This document shows, piece after piece, positions 29,634-39,256 of a stretch of DNA of 64,000 nt. Every line of letters starts with the position of its first letter. The first letter of the stretch is position 1. The notes below the pieces were generated by a model, which saw only the letters and a program-made list of their open reading frames with translations, had not been told where the DNA came from and did not search any database. The translations under genes were made by a program, and so were the position numbers. Origin of the DNA: an uncultured Clostridium sp. (GTDB lineage Bacteria > Bacillota_I > Bacilli_A > RF39 > UBA660). The DNA lies in NCBI GenBank assembly GCA_905193755.1, contig CAJJPX010000003.1:14925-78924 (forward strand). The letters run 5' to 3'.

Positions 29634-31412
29634 TTAAATTTTTACTAAATATTTATTTAGTTTTTTATCTTTTGCTTTTTCTTCTTCTATATCTAAATTT
29701 ATTCTATGAAGACTAATCATTATCTTAGAAAGTGCTTTAGAGATAGATAAAATATCATAACTTTCTAGTTCTATACTTAATATTCTTTTTAAATCTATAT
29801 CTCTTCTACTTATTCTTATACTTTTTACTTCTTTATTTATACTATCTAGTAGTCTATCTATAAATCTATTATTACTATCAATATGTATGTAGTTACCATT
29901 ATTGATAAGCATAAGAGCTGTACTTATGAATAATTCATTACTTGAAAACTTTGATAATTCATTAAGCATAAATTCACGTGCTTCGATTTCTATTCTTTTT
30001 TCTTCATTTTTAGACATAGAAACCATAGATTCTAGTACTGGATGTAATTTTATTCTAAAATGTGTTTCATAACTAGTTAAATCTTTATATCCTAGTAGTG
30101 GTGGTGCTAATCTTAAGTTAATTCCATCAGTAAGTGTATTTATATATTCTAAATATTCTTTTACATCTTTTTTATCTTCTTCTAATAAAGTTAATATTTT
30201 TCTTCTTAGAACCATTTGATTTTTATGATCACTAGTTAGCTTTGGAAATATTTCACTATGTATTCTATAAATATCTTTATATAATTCATTATTACATTCA
30301 GTTTCTTTACCATGTAGTGCATCTATACATTTATCTATGAAATCTAAAATCTTATTATATTCTTTACTTGATTCCATATTTCTTTTTAATTTGTCAAGTA
30401 TTCTATTTAAATCACTAATAAGTCCTACTCTTAATGTATCTTCTGTAACTAGTGTAAGACCAGTATTATTTTTTAACTCTAATATATCATTATTATATTT
30501 TGTAACTAGTTTTCTAACTACTGTACTTACATCTTCAGTTCCATGATAATATTCAGCATAAACACTTATTTCATTTATAAGAGTAGTTATTTCATCTTGA
30601 TCTATATTATCCATTTCTTCTAGTTTTCTCGTATTCATATGTTGTAAGATTGCATCATGTAAGAAAGTTTTATTTAAATATTCATATAAATAAGTGTGTT
30701 CATAAGGAGGTATATCAACTTCTTTTGATAGAGCTATTCCTGTTAATAAGGGTGCTGGAGCTATTAAGCATTTATTTTCCCAGTCTATATGCCACTTTAA
30801 GGGTTTTACTGTGAATGTTTCTTTAACTTTAAGTAGTTTATCTTTTTGTATATCTTTTGTGTATCTTACTGCATCTACTATCTTCTCACCATTTAGATCA
30901 TATTCTTCTACTCTTTGTGTCTTATTTATTCTTGTACAAAAGTCTGGTGTTTCGATTGGTAAAGTGTATGTTTTACCAGTAGGTACTTTTCCTTTTTTCT
31001 CTTCTGTAGTTAAGAAGTTTTTTTTCATAGGGTATCTACCTAACTCTAAAGTTTTTGTTCCTGGTTTTAAACCTTTTGTAAGTTCTTCGAACATTTTATT
31101 AGATAATTTTATTATTGGCAATATTTGAGTGTGTTTTGGAAATAATGCTCCGTAGTTAGCAATGAAGCCTTTTCTTGTACTAGCTCCATACATATTCCAA
31201 GTTCTTTTAAATAAAATATCATCACTATCATTTAATTCGTAATCTCTACTTATTAAAATTTCATCTCTAGGTTCCATATCTGTATATATTCTACTTAAAC
31301 TATACACAAAGTCTCCATATTTTAAAGCAGTACCATTTAATATATCAATTAATTTATCGCTCATTTTCCAGTTTGCATGTGGTATGAATACTTCAAAATC
31401 CTTATTTTCCAT
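29634..31412 (-). CDS. Hypothetical 592-aa cytoplasmic protein, no recognisable domain; monocistronic
   Basis: Long clean ORF with a GGGGG RBS, its own promoter and flanking terminators. No TM segment, signal peptide or nucleotide-binding motif seen. Confidence 0.7.
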   Translation of the reverse strand: MENKDFEVFIPHANWKMSDKLIDILNGTALKYGDFVYSLSRIYTDMEPRDEILISRDYELNDSDDILFKRTWNMYGASTRKGFIANYGALFPKHTQILPIIKLSNKMFEELTKGLKPGTKTLELGRYPMKKNFLTTEEKKGKVPTGKTYTLPIETPDFCTRINKTQRVEEYDLNGEKIVDAVRYTKDIQKDKLLKVKETFTVKPLKWHIDWENKCLIAPAPLLTGIALSKEVDIPPYEHTYLYEYLNKTFLHDAILQHMNTRKLEEMDNIDQDEITTLINEISVYAEYYHGTEDVSTVVRKLVTKYNNDILELKNNTGLTLVTEDTLRVGLISDLNRILDKLKRNMESSKEYNKILDFIDKCIDALHGKETECNNELYKDIYRIHSEIFPKLTSDHKNQMVLRRKILTLLEEDKKDVKEYLEYINTLTDGINLRLAPPLLGYKDLTSYETHFRIKLHPVLESMVSMSKNEEKRIEIEAREFMLNELSKFSSNELFISTALMLINNGNYIHIDSNNRFIDRLLDSINKEVKSIRISRRDIDLKRILSIELESYDILSISKALSKIMISLHRINLDIEEEKAKDKKLNKYLVKI

Positions 31413-31436
31413 AATATCCCCCTCTTATTTCCGCAT

Positions 31437-31465
31437 ATTATATCATAAGTGATACATATAGTCAA
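31437..31465 (-). promoter_or_regulatory. Promoter TTGACT-17-TATAAT with TATCA-N4-TGATA palindrome, near-copy of the one at 3639-3667
   Basis: Minus strand reads TTGACTatatGTATCACTTATGATATAATATGCGG. The -10 is at 31437-31442 and the -35 at 31460-31465. Confidence 0.6.
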
Positions 31466-31479
31466 TTTTGACATTTTAA

Positions 31480-31499
31480 AAGCAAGACAAAGCTTGCTT
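31480..31499 (-). terminator. Terminator after the 212-aa gene
   Basis: aagcaag-acaaag-cttgctt hairpin overlapping the stop. On the minus strand it is followed by TTTTAAAA. Confidence 0.6.
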
Positions 31500-32136
31500 A
31501 TTTGTTTCTAAGTATCATTTTAATTGTACTTGTACTTGTTAATTCTTCAAAAGTATCTATATCATAGATTGGAACATCGTATCCAAATCTACTCAGTAGT
31601 TTATCTATTTCTTCGATTTCAAACATTATTATTGATGCTTGTTCATCTAGAGAACTATTACTACAGTCTTTTAATAAGTGTAATGGAAATGTAGTTGCAC
31701 ATAAGTTATCAAGTGATACTTTGTCTTTTACTTGTACTTCATCTGGCATATCTGTGCATCTTCTAATCTTTGACTTGCCTAATTTTTCCATTTCTTCATA
31801 CCCTTTTAGATCTCTAATATATATTCCATCTAATACTTTTGGTTTTATAACGCTTAATTTGTCTTTAGGAAATGCTAGTGATAGAGAATATCTTATGTAT
31901 GAATGATAAGCATTATACTTTCCCATGAATTTTTTGTATTCATCTCTTTTATCATAATCACATAATGAAACATAATCACGACCATTAAATCCACCGTAAG
32001 ATCTTTTTCTTTGAAGTTTTGCTGAAAGAAGGGCTCTTCTTTTTAGAATTTGTAGTAGTTTTTGATTAGTTTCATCTGGATGATAGTAATCATCCGGTAC
32101 TGAATTTATCGCATGTAAGTATATTTCTCTATCCAT
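31498..32136 (-). CDS. Hypothetical 212-aa protein, co-transcribed with the upstream glucosaminidase-like gene
   Basis: 23-nt gap after the stop at 32160. RBS GGGAG. No recognisable domain. Confidence 0.6.
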   Translation of the reverse strand: MDREIYLHAINSVPDDYYHPDETNQKLLQILKRRALLSAKLQRKRSYGGFNGRDYVSLCDYDKRDEYKKFMGKYNAYHSYIRYSLSLAFPKDKLSVIKPKVLDGIYIRDLKGYEEMEKLGKSKIRRCTDMPDEVQVKDKVSLDNLCATTFPLHLLKDCSNSSLDEQASIIMFEIEEIDKLLSRFGYDVPIYDIDTFEELTSTSTIKMILRNK

Positions 32137-32159
32137 ATTTACTCCCTGACTAATTTTTG

Positions 32160-32726
32160 TTATTTTTTTAACTTATTTATGTAATTATTAACTCTTTCTG
32201 GCCATTTTGGATCACTTGCATATTTAGGTCCAATTTGATATGTAGTAGTTAATCCTTTTTGATAGTAAGAGTTTAGTTTATTGATTGCAAATTTAATTCC
32301 TTCTTCGATGGTATCAAATCTTCTATAGCTTCCACCATTACATCCAGGTTTTCCTTTGTTACCACCAACATTATTACATACTCTAGTTAAATAACTGCAG
32401 TTCCAGTAGCAACCAGTTTCTTGTAACATTACTCCTGCTGCTAAATAAGGATCCATTCCAACTGAAATAGAATACTCAGTAATAAATTTACCTTTTCCTT
32501 TTAATGTAGAATTTAGATATCTATCTATTTTACTTGCTATGACATCTATCTTTTCTCCATTAAAATAATTCTCTTTCTTATAGTCTTCATGTTCACTTTG
32601 GAAATGCTTAACACTTAACTCTATTTGTTTATCTAAGTAGCTATGATTTATTTCAGTTGTTTCTTTAGCCTCATTGCTAAATACGCTTCCAAATAAAGTA
32701 AGTGCTATTAATAATTTATATATCAT
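32160..32726 (-). CDS. Secreted glucosaminidase-domain (LytD/FlgJ-like) peptidoglycan hydrolase
   Basis: Signal peptide MIYKLLIALTLFGSVFS. AAGVMLQETG...NNVGGNKG...F.TIEEGIKFAINKLNSYY resembles the mannosyl-glycoprotein endo-beta-N-acetylglucosaminidase domain. Confidence 0.6.
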   Translation of the reverse strand: MIYKLLIALTLFGSVFSNEAKETTEINHSYLDKQIELSVKHFQSEHEDYKKENYFNGEKIDVIASKIDRYLNSTLKGKGKFITEYSISVGMDPYLAAGVMLQETGCYWNCSYLTRVCNNVGGNKGKPGCNGGSYRRFDTIEEGIKFAINKLNSYYQKGLTTTYQIGPKYASDPKWPERVNNYINKLKK

Positions 32727-32842
32727 ATATTATATATTCACTCCTTAATGGGCAAGTGCCATTTATTATATCACTTTTAACATTATTAATCAAATTTACC
32801 CATTTTATGCGGTTTAGGAAAGAAAAAAGCAACAAATGTTGC

Positions 32843-33613
32843 TTACTTTAAATTGAATATACTTAATATATCTTTTCCTGCGTATGTAGATGGAAGTTTA
32901 CCATCCCATTTATTAATAAATTCTTTAGCAATTAAATTATCTGTTAAGCTTTGTTTTAATAAGTCATTTGCTTTCTTAGTTGCTTCTGCTTCAACTATTT
33001 TACTTTCGGCATCTAGTTTAGCTTTTTCTAGTTTTTGCTCAGCTACTTGTTTGTCTTCGATTGCTTTACTATACTCTTCACTAAAACTTAAATTAGTAAT
33101 ATTGAAGTTATCAATTGTGATACCATATTTATCTACTTTAGATTGTAAGTCTTCCATACAATTTTTAGATACGTTTGCTCTTTCAGTGATTACTTCTGCT
33201 GCTGTATATTTAGCAATAGTAGCTTTAATACTTTCTTTAATCGCTGGTTCTAAAATAGTACTTTCATAGTTATTGCCTACTGTTCTATATAGATGTGTCG
33301 CTTTATCACTATTGATTCTATAGTTTACAGCTAAAGTTGTTTCAATAGTTTGTAAATCTTTACTGGAACTTTCTGTACTTAATTCAATCTTTTGAACTTT
33401 AATATTTACTTTAACTATTTGTTCTACATAGGGTATTTTAAGATTGAATCCTTCATTTAATTGAGTATTTACTATTTTGCCAAATCTTACTTTTAAGCCT
33501 ACTTCACCTGACTTAATAGTTTGAAAACTACATAATATAGTTACTACTAGGAATAATGCTATAACTCCATAAATAACATATTTCTTTGTATTTGTTTTGT
33601 TTATATACTTCAT
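32843..33613 (-). CDS. SPFH/band-7 (prohibitin-like) membrane protein
   Basis: N-terminal TM, then SGEVGLKVRFGKIV...LKIPYVEQIV and a coiled-coil C-terminus. Confidence 0.8.
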   Translation of the reverse strand: MKYINKTNTKKYVIYGVIALFLVVTILCSFQTIKSGEVGLKVRFGKIVNTQLNEGFNLKIPYVEQIVKVNIKVQKIELSTESSSKDLQTIETTLAVNYRINSDKATHLYRTVGNNYESTILEPAIKESIKATIAKYTAAEVITERANVSKNCMEDLQSKVDKYGITIDNFNITNLSFSEEYSKAIEDKQVAEQKLEKAKLDAESKIVEAEATKKANDLLKQSLTDNLIAKEFINKWDGKLPSTYAGKDILSIFNLK

Positions 33614-33662
33614 AAACCCTCCTTAGTGGTTTATTATAAGTTATAAACATAAGATTGTCTAT

Positions 33663-34346
33663 TTATTTTAAAAAATATTTTTCTTTTATATTTAAATTAT
33701 CGTCTAGTTCATAAACGTATGGTACTCCTGTAGGTATTTCTACGCTCATAATATCTTCGTCACTAATATTTTCTAAATATTTAATTATACTTCTAAGACT
33801 ATTACCATGAGCTACTACTAAAACATTTTCTTTATTTTCTAAATGTTTCTTAATTTCATTATTATAATATGGTAGTACTCTTTCTAGAGTATCTTTTAAG
33901 CACTCTGTAAGTGGTAATTCTTCAGGAGTTAAATCTTTATATTTTGGATCGTTTCCTGGGTACCTTTCATCATCTTTAGTAAGCTCTGGTGGTCTTACAT
34001 CATAACTACGTCTCCATATATGAACTTGTTTTTCTCCAAATTTCTTTTTCATTTCATCTTTATTTAATCCTTGAAGAGCTCCGTAGTGTCTTTCATTTAA
34101 TCTATAACTATAGTGAACCGGAATATCAAGATTCATTTCTTTTAATACTATTTCTAGTGTTCTATTAGCTCTTTTTAATACTGATGTAAAGGCTATATCA
34201 AAAGTGTATCCTTTTTCTTTTAAAAGTTTTCCTGCATCTTCTGCTTCTTTAACTCCGTTTTCTGATAAGTCTACATCTGTCCATCCAGTGAATCTATTTT
34301 CTTTATTCCATTCACTTTCTCCGTGTCTTAATAATACTAATTTCAT
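33663..34346 (-). CDS. gpmA: 2,3-bisphosphoglycerate-dependent phosphoglycerate mutase
   Basis: [25 protein letters not shown] and VAHGNSLR motifs. Confidence 0.92.
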   Translation of the reverse strand: MKLVLLRHGESEWNKENRFTGWTDVDLSENGVKEAEDAGKLLKEKGYTFDIAFTSVLKRANRTLEIVLKEMNLDIPVHYSYRLNERHYGALQGLNKDEMKKKFGEKQVHIWRRSYDVRPPELTKDDERYPGNDPKYKDLTPEELPLTECLKDTLERVLPYYNNEIKKHLENKENVLVVAHGNSLRSIIKYLENISDEDIMSVEIPTGVPYVYELDDNLNIKEKYFLK

Positions 34347-34349
34347 TTT

Positions 34350-35138
34350 TTATTTCTCCTTTAATAATTTATCTAATTTTTCTCCGACTTTATATGTTTT
34401 ATTGTAGAACTCATTTATATCTATTTTATCTTTATAGAATTCTTTATAACATACTTCTAAAGTTGTATATCCTTTGTAGTTTGCTTCTTTTAAGCCGTTA
34501 ATAACTTTATCATAATCTAATGTTCCATCATATGGTATTACATGATCATCAATTTCTCCGAAGTTATCGTGTAAATGAAGACAAAATATTTTATCTTTAA
34601 ATATACTAAAGTCAAAGTTATCTTTGAAGTGACAATGATAGTGTCCAGAGTCAAAACAAATACCTACGTTATCATTTTTAATATTCTTAAGTAAGAATTC
34701 TAAATAACCTTTCATCTTTGTATTTTCAAAAGCAACTTTAATACCTAGGTTTTCTGCATAATCACATACTCTTCTAAATCTTTCAAGACCTATTTCGTTT
34801 GGTTCTACTGCATCCCAACCAATACATGCATGCATTACAACCATATCAATATTATTACTCTTACATTCATCTAAATTTCTTAAATATTTTTTTACTAGTT
34901 CTTCTCCCATTTCATTATCAAGCCAAATATTATTTAAGTTTTTATATCCTAAATGAGCAAATATAACATTTAGATTCTTTTCTCTTATATATTTAAGTTG
35001 TTCTTCTTGTGAAACCTCAAAGTCTTTGTCATACCATTGTATAAATACATTTTTAAATCCAGCTTTAACTACAGCATCAATAGTTTCATAAGGAGAAGCT
35101 AAGTTATCATTACTTATACATACAGCTAAATTATTCAT
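34350..35138 (-). CDS. Sugar phosphate isomerase/epimerase (xylose isomerase-like TIM barrel)
   Basis: FENT...CFDSGH...LHLHDN metal-ligand pattern of the AP endonuclease 2/xylose-isomerase-like fold. Confidence 0.7.
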   Translation of the reverse strand: MNNLAVCISNDNLASPYETIDAVVKAGFKNVFIQWYDKDFEVSQEEQLKYIREKNLNVIFAHLGYKNLNNIWLDNEMGEELVKKYLRNLDECKSNNIDMVVMHACIGWDAVEPNEIGLERFRRVCDYAENLGIKVAFENTKMKGYLEFLLKNIKNDNVGICFDSGHYHCHFKDNFDFSIFKDKIFCLHLHDNFGEIDDHVIPYDGTLDYDKVINGLKEANYKGYTTLEVCYKEFYKDKIDINEFYNKTYKVGEKLDKLLKEK

Positions 35139-35185
35139 TTTTTCCTACCTTTCTATATATAATTATATCACTTTGAAAATACATT

Positions 35186-35211
35186 AAAAAGTCTAGTATA
35201 CACTAGACTTT
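35186..35211 (-). terminator. Terminator after TraX-family gene
   Basis: Perfect 10-bp stem aaagtctagt-atac-actagacttt, with a T-run on the minus strand. Confidence 0.7.
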
Positions 35212-35264
35212 ACTATGTTTAATATTTAGTTTTTTATAAGTTTAAATATAATTATATTTTTGAA

Positions 35265-36008
35265 TTAATTAAATAATAAAGGAATATTACCATACATATA
35301 TAGTCTCAAAGCTCCAATTATTATTAAGTGTAATGGATAATATAAATAGAAGAACCATTTTAACCATTTAGTTTTTCCACGTTTTCCGTTATAGTTTTTT
35401 AGAAGTGGATAAACAAGAATTGCTGTCAGTGCAATCAGACCATAAGTTTTACTTACGAATAAATAAGATATTAAAGCATATAAACTTAGCCAAGCCATCA
35501 TACTTATCATTTGGCTCTTTAAGTTACCTCTTCTATCATACATAAATAATATAGCCATTACTGCAATACTACTAAAGTCTGATGAGAATGTTATCAGATT
35601 TATAAGTATTATTAGTAACCATTTTTGATATTCTTTTAAATTATTTTTACCATGGATTATATGAAGTGCTACTACTGACCAAGCTAGAGTCCACATTATA
35701 CTTGTTTGATTAAATATGTTTCCGGTACTAAATGGAATAAAATTAATACCAAAAGCAAAACAATATGCAAAGTGAGAAATAAGAGCAAATATAAATAATC
35801 TACTTATATACTTCTTTACATCTTTAGTATAATAATACCCTTCACAAATGAAGAAAAACATTATAGGAGCAGTAAGTCTACCAATTATATGCATCACGTT
35901 AGATATAAATATATTTGGCATACCTGGATATAATAAATCGGCTATGTGATCTATTGTCATAGCTATAATAGCAATTATCTTTAAATGATTAGAATTTAAT
36001 TTCTTCAT
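35265..36008 (-). CDS. TraX-family membrane protein
   Basis: LKIIAIIAMTIDHIA N-terminal signature. Polytopic membrane protein. Confidence 0.7.
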   Translation of the reverse strand: MKKLNSNHLKIIAIIAMTIDHIADLLYPGMPNIFISNVMHIIGRLTAPIMFFFICEGYYYTKDVKKYISRLFIFALISHFAYCFAFGINFIPFSTGNIFNQTSIMWTLAWSVVALHIIHGKNNLKEYQKWLLIILINLITFSSDFSSIAVMAILFMYDRRGNLKSQMISMMAWLSLYALISYLFVSKTYGLIALTAILVYPLLKNYNGKRGKTKWLKWFFYLYYPLHLIIIGALRLYMYGNIPLLFN

Positions 36009-36078
36009 AACTCACCTTTTCCTTTATAATTATAATATTTATAATGGCTTGTTTCTATATAAGTCTAATGTTTAATTA

Positions 36079-36285
36079 TTATCTTATTTTATTAAATAAA
36101 ACTGTTTTATCTTTCATTGATATTTTAGCTACTTCATATCCATAGCTTATTAATTCTTTTTTATAAGTTAGAAATGAATGATCTATAGGAAAGCCTAAGA
36201 TATTTTCTATTTCTTCATAAGTTAATTTATAACTATCTTTATTATTTTCTTTTATATAATTCCATAATGGTTCATATTTACTCAT
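36079..36285 (-). CDS. Small hypothetical protein (68 aa)
   Basis: ATGA overlap with the upstream membrane ORF. YEPLWNYIKEN...LTYEEIENILGFPI resembles a widespread small-protein family, but the family identity is uncertain. Confidence 0.5.
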   Translation of the reverse strand: MSKYEPLWNYIKENNKDSYKLTYEEIENILGFPIDHSFLTYKKELISYGYEVAKISMKDKTVLFNKIR

Positions 36286-36776
36286 ATGTTCTCCTTTTTG
36301 TTTCTAATTATAAATAGAAAGATTGGTCTTAAAAATCCTAGTGATAAGATGCTTAATGCAGTCATAACATCTTTAAAGTTCTTTGAATATTTATTAAATA
36401 TTTTATGTGATAAAATTATATCTAAAATAAATGTTATAAGTGTGCTTAATAAGAAAATTATTATTAATACAGGTTGTGGTTCTTTAAATACAAAGAATAA
36501 TATAATTGTAATCGTAGAAATTAATGTTGTTATAAAAAGAGTTATCCCAAGAGGTTTACTGTTTCCTATTTTACCTAGTATATATTTGTTATAAAATGGT
36601 ATCCATCCAGTATTAGCATTTTTATATTTTTGATTTTTACTCATAGACACAATAGATATACTTTCAAATATATAACTTATTAGTGTGTAAAATATAATTA
36701 TAGCTATAAAAGTAATTACAAAAATATATATAAAAGATAATAAACCCATTAAAAATAATACACTTATGCCACCCAT
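36282..36776 (-). CDS. Hypothetical membrane protein (164 aa, about 4 TM)
   Basis: Hydrophobicity by eye. Confidence 0.5.
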   Translation of the reverse strand: MGGISVLFLMGLLSFIYIFVITFIAIIIFYTLISYIFESISIVSMSKNQKYKNANTGWIPFYNKYILGKIGNSKPLGITLFITTLISTITIILFFVFKEPQPVLIIIFLLSTLITFILDIILSHKIFNKYSKNFKDVMTALSILSLGFLRPIFLFIIRNKKENI

Positions 36777-36838
36777 AATTCACCTTCTTTGATGAGATTA
36801 TTATAGCATACAAATGTATTATTTTTTACATATATCAA

Positions 36839-37042
36839 TTAGTTTTTTATGGTATTTGCAGTTCTTACAGTTATTTTGTCTTTTATATCTTCAAGACTTT
36901 TGATGTGATTATATAAAGATGGTGCCTTAATATTTAATTTTTCTGTGATCAATTTTAATGATAGGTTATCTAATCCAACTTCATTTGAAAGTTTAGCTGA
37001 TAATTCTATTATAACTTCATCACTAATATTATTTTTTGCCAC
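36839..37042 (-). pseudogene. TetR/AcrR-family regulator truncated to the N-terminal HTH domain (67 aa)
   Basis: GLDNLSLKLITEKLNIKAPSLYNHIKSLEDI is the TetR HTH. The ~120-aa ligand-binding domain is absent. Confidence 0.6.
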
Positions 37043-37116
37043 ATTTTTCTCCTAACTAATCATATTTATATTATAACTAATCTAATTAGTTTTTACAATA
37101 ATAATAAAAAGAGACA

Positions 37117-37713
37117 TTAATCTCTTTTATCATTAAATTTTTTAGAATATATTTTTTTGATTTTAGTGTTATTATTTTCTTTATGCATGAAACAGTCTTT
37201 ATCGTGAGAATAAATTATACCTATTGCTTGTAAGTATGAATATATAATAGTAGAGCCTACAAACTTCATGCCTCTTTTAATTAAATCATTAGATATTCTA
37301 TCTGATAGGTCATTTGTTGTTTTACCAACTTCATAAAATGTTTTGCCATTTGTAAAACTCATTAAATATTTATAGAAACTCCCATATTCTTTTTCTATAT
37401 TCTTAAATATTTTTGAGTTATTTATACTTGCTTTTATTTTAAGTTTATTTCTTATAATCTTAGGATTAGATAGTAACTCATTTATTTTAGTTTCATCATA
37501 GTTAATTATTTTATCTATATCAAAGTTATCATAAGAAATTCTAAAGTCTTCTCTTTTGTTTAGAACGCATTCCCATGAAAGTCCTGCTTGAAAGGATTCT
37601 AGTATTAACATTTCAAATAAGTATTTATCATTATTGTTTTGCACGCACCACTCTTTATCATGATATTCTACATATAATGAATTATCTAAGTTACACCATT
37701 TGCATCTTTTCAT
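37117..37713 (-). CDS. tag: DNA-3-methyladenine glycosylase I
   Basis: CKWC...YHDKEWC...FEMLILESFQAGLSW zinc-snap and HhH signature of Tag. Confidence 0.88.
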   Translation of the reverse strand: MKRCKWCNLDNSLYVEYHDKEWCVQNNNDKYLFEMLILESFQAGLSWECVLNKREDFRISYDNFDIDKIINYDETKINELLSNPKIIRNKLKIKASINNSKIFKNIEKEYGSFYKYLMSFTNGKTFYEVGKTTNDLSDRISNDLIKRGMKFVGSTIIYSYLQAIGIIYSHDKDCFMHKENNNTKIKKIYSKKFNDKRD

Positions 37714-37763
37714 AGTTTTGTTCCTTTCTTTGGTATAAAGTATTTACTCATATCATTTTGTTC

Positions 37764-37988
37764 TCATTTTAATAATTCAATTTTATTTTTAATTCCTCTA
37801 TTATTTTTTTTGCTTTTTGATGATATTTTATTGCAAACTAAGTCTATTGTTATGTAAGATATGGCGTATACAATAGAAGTTATTATTATCATTTTGAAAT
37901 CAATATTCTTTGTAAGCAAATATGATACTAATGTATAAACTACTAGGAATACAATTGTACTAATTATATATTTCATATATTCTTTCAT
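37764..37988 (-). CDS. Small membrane protein (74 aa, 2 TM)
   Basis: Hydrophobicity only. Confidence 0.4.
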   Translation of the reverse strand: MKEYMKYIISTIVFLVVYTLVSYLLTKNIDFKMIIITSIVYAISYITIDLVCNKISSKSKKNNRGIKNKIELLK

Positions 37989-37995
37989 GAGTCAC

Positions 37996-38517
37996 CTACT
38001 TTATTATTGTTACATAGTCTTCTTTTCTAGGTTTGGCTTCTGGAAGTGGTCCTTCAGCGCAACCTAAAATACAATGCCCTATTCCTACATAATTATCAGG
38101 TATATTCCATTCTTTTAATAGTTTTTTTCCGTCTTCTCTTTCAAATTCTTCTTTAGCTCTATGTATCCAACAAGAACCTAATCCTAGACTATGAGCTGCA
38201 TTCATTAAGTTTCCTATAACTAAACTTCCGTCTTCTATATAAGTTGTTCTTGTTTTGTCAGCTAGAACTACTATTACAGTAGGTGCTCCATAAAATGGGT
38301 CAATGTCTCTTCCCATAATCTTAGCATTTAATTTTGATAATTTTTCTATTGTTTCTTTATTTTGAAGAACTACCATTTTAGGTGATTGCATTCCCATACC
38401 AGTTGGTGCATATTCTCCCGCTAGTAATATTTCATTTAATTCTTCATCTTTAATTTGTTCTTCTTTAAATTTTCTACAACTTCTTCTTTCTATTAAATTT
38501 TTAATTGTTTCGTTCAT
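37996..38517 (-). CDS. Nitroreductase-family oxidoreductase
   Basis: LIERRSCRKF N-terminal motif, plus the size and pattern of the NADH-oxidase/flavin-reductase fold. Confidence 0.8.
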   Translation of the reverse strand: MNETIKNLIERRSCRKFKEEQIKDEELNEILLAGEYAPTGMGMQSPKMVVLQNKETIEKLSKLNAKIMGRDIDPFYGAPTVIVVLADKTRTTYIEDGSLVIGNLMNAAHSLGLGSCWIHRAKEEFEREDGKKLLKEWNIPDNYVGIGHCILGCAEGPLPEAKPRKEDYVTIIK

Positions 38518-38522
38518 TATTT

Positions 38523-39119
38523 TTACTCCTTATTTTTTTTATTAATAATCATATATATCAATGTAGATATTATAATGCCTAATGAATTTAGAATAATATC
38601 ATTAATATCAAACGCTCTTCCAAATATTGGTTCTAATACTTCTATTATTAATACGAGTATAATTCCTTTTATAATAGTATTTTTATAGTTAAATTCTTTT
38701 TGTGATAAAGGATACAATATACCAAATGGTAAAAACATTAAGAAGTTTCCAATATTTTCTTTAGTTAAGTTACTTATAAAATTTAGATTGAAGCTAAAGT
38801 TGCCATTAAACCAATTTATACTAGTACCTGGATCCATATGATATATCAGTTTATACCAAATTATATTTATTATGTCTAGACCAATAGTTAAGCATATTAG
38901 ACCAGTTATATAACAAATAAATATACTTGAAAATATCTTTTTACTTAGTGGTGTCTTTGAATCATTTCTAAATTTTATTAAATAGTAAGTTACACTTGTG
39001 ATTAGTGCTAGTGGTAGTGCTTGTAAAAAGTAACCAACATATGTATCAAAAAAGAAATATTGAAAAGTCATATTTTGTGGAAAATACATGCTTACCTCCT
39101 TTATATATTGAGTTATCAA
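38523..39119 (-). CDS. VanZ-family membrane protein (start uncertain)
   Basis: NFLMFLPFGILYP and DINDIILNSLG motifs. Confidence 0.7.
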   Translation of the reverse strand: MITQYIKEVSMYFPQNMTFQYFFFDTYVGYFLQALPLALITSVTYYLIKFRNDSKTPLSKKIFSSIFICYITGLICLTIGLDIINIIWYKLIYHMDPGTSINWFNGNFSFNLNFISNLTKENIGNFLMFLPFGILYPLSQKEFNYKNTIIKGIILVLIIEVLEPIFGRAFDINDIILNSLGIIISTLIYMIINKKNKE

Positions 39120-39256
39120 TACTTAAGTTATTTAACCATTTAGAAAATATTCCGAGAACTATTCCTAATATAAATATTAAGATTGTATTAATTATTTTAT
39201 TTTTGGTTTTTATTTTGATATTTGAAGTTCTAGTTTTACTTAAATATTTTTTAACA

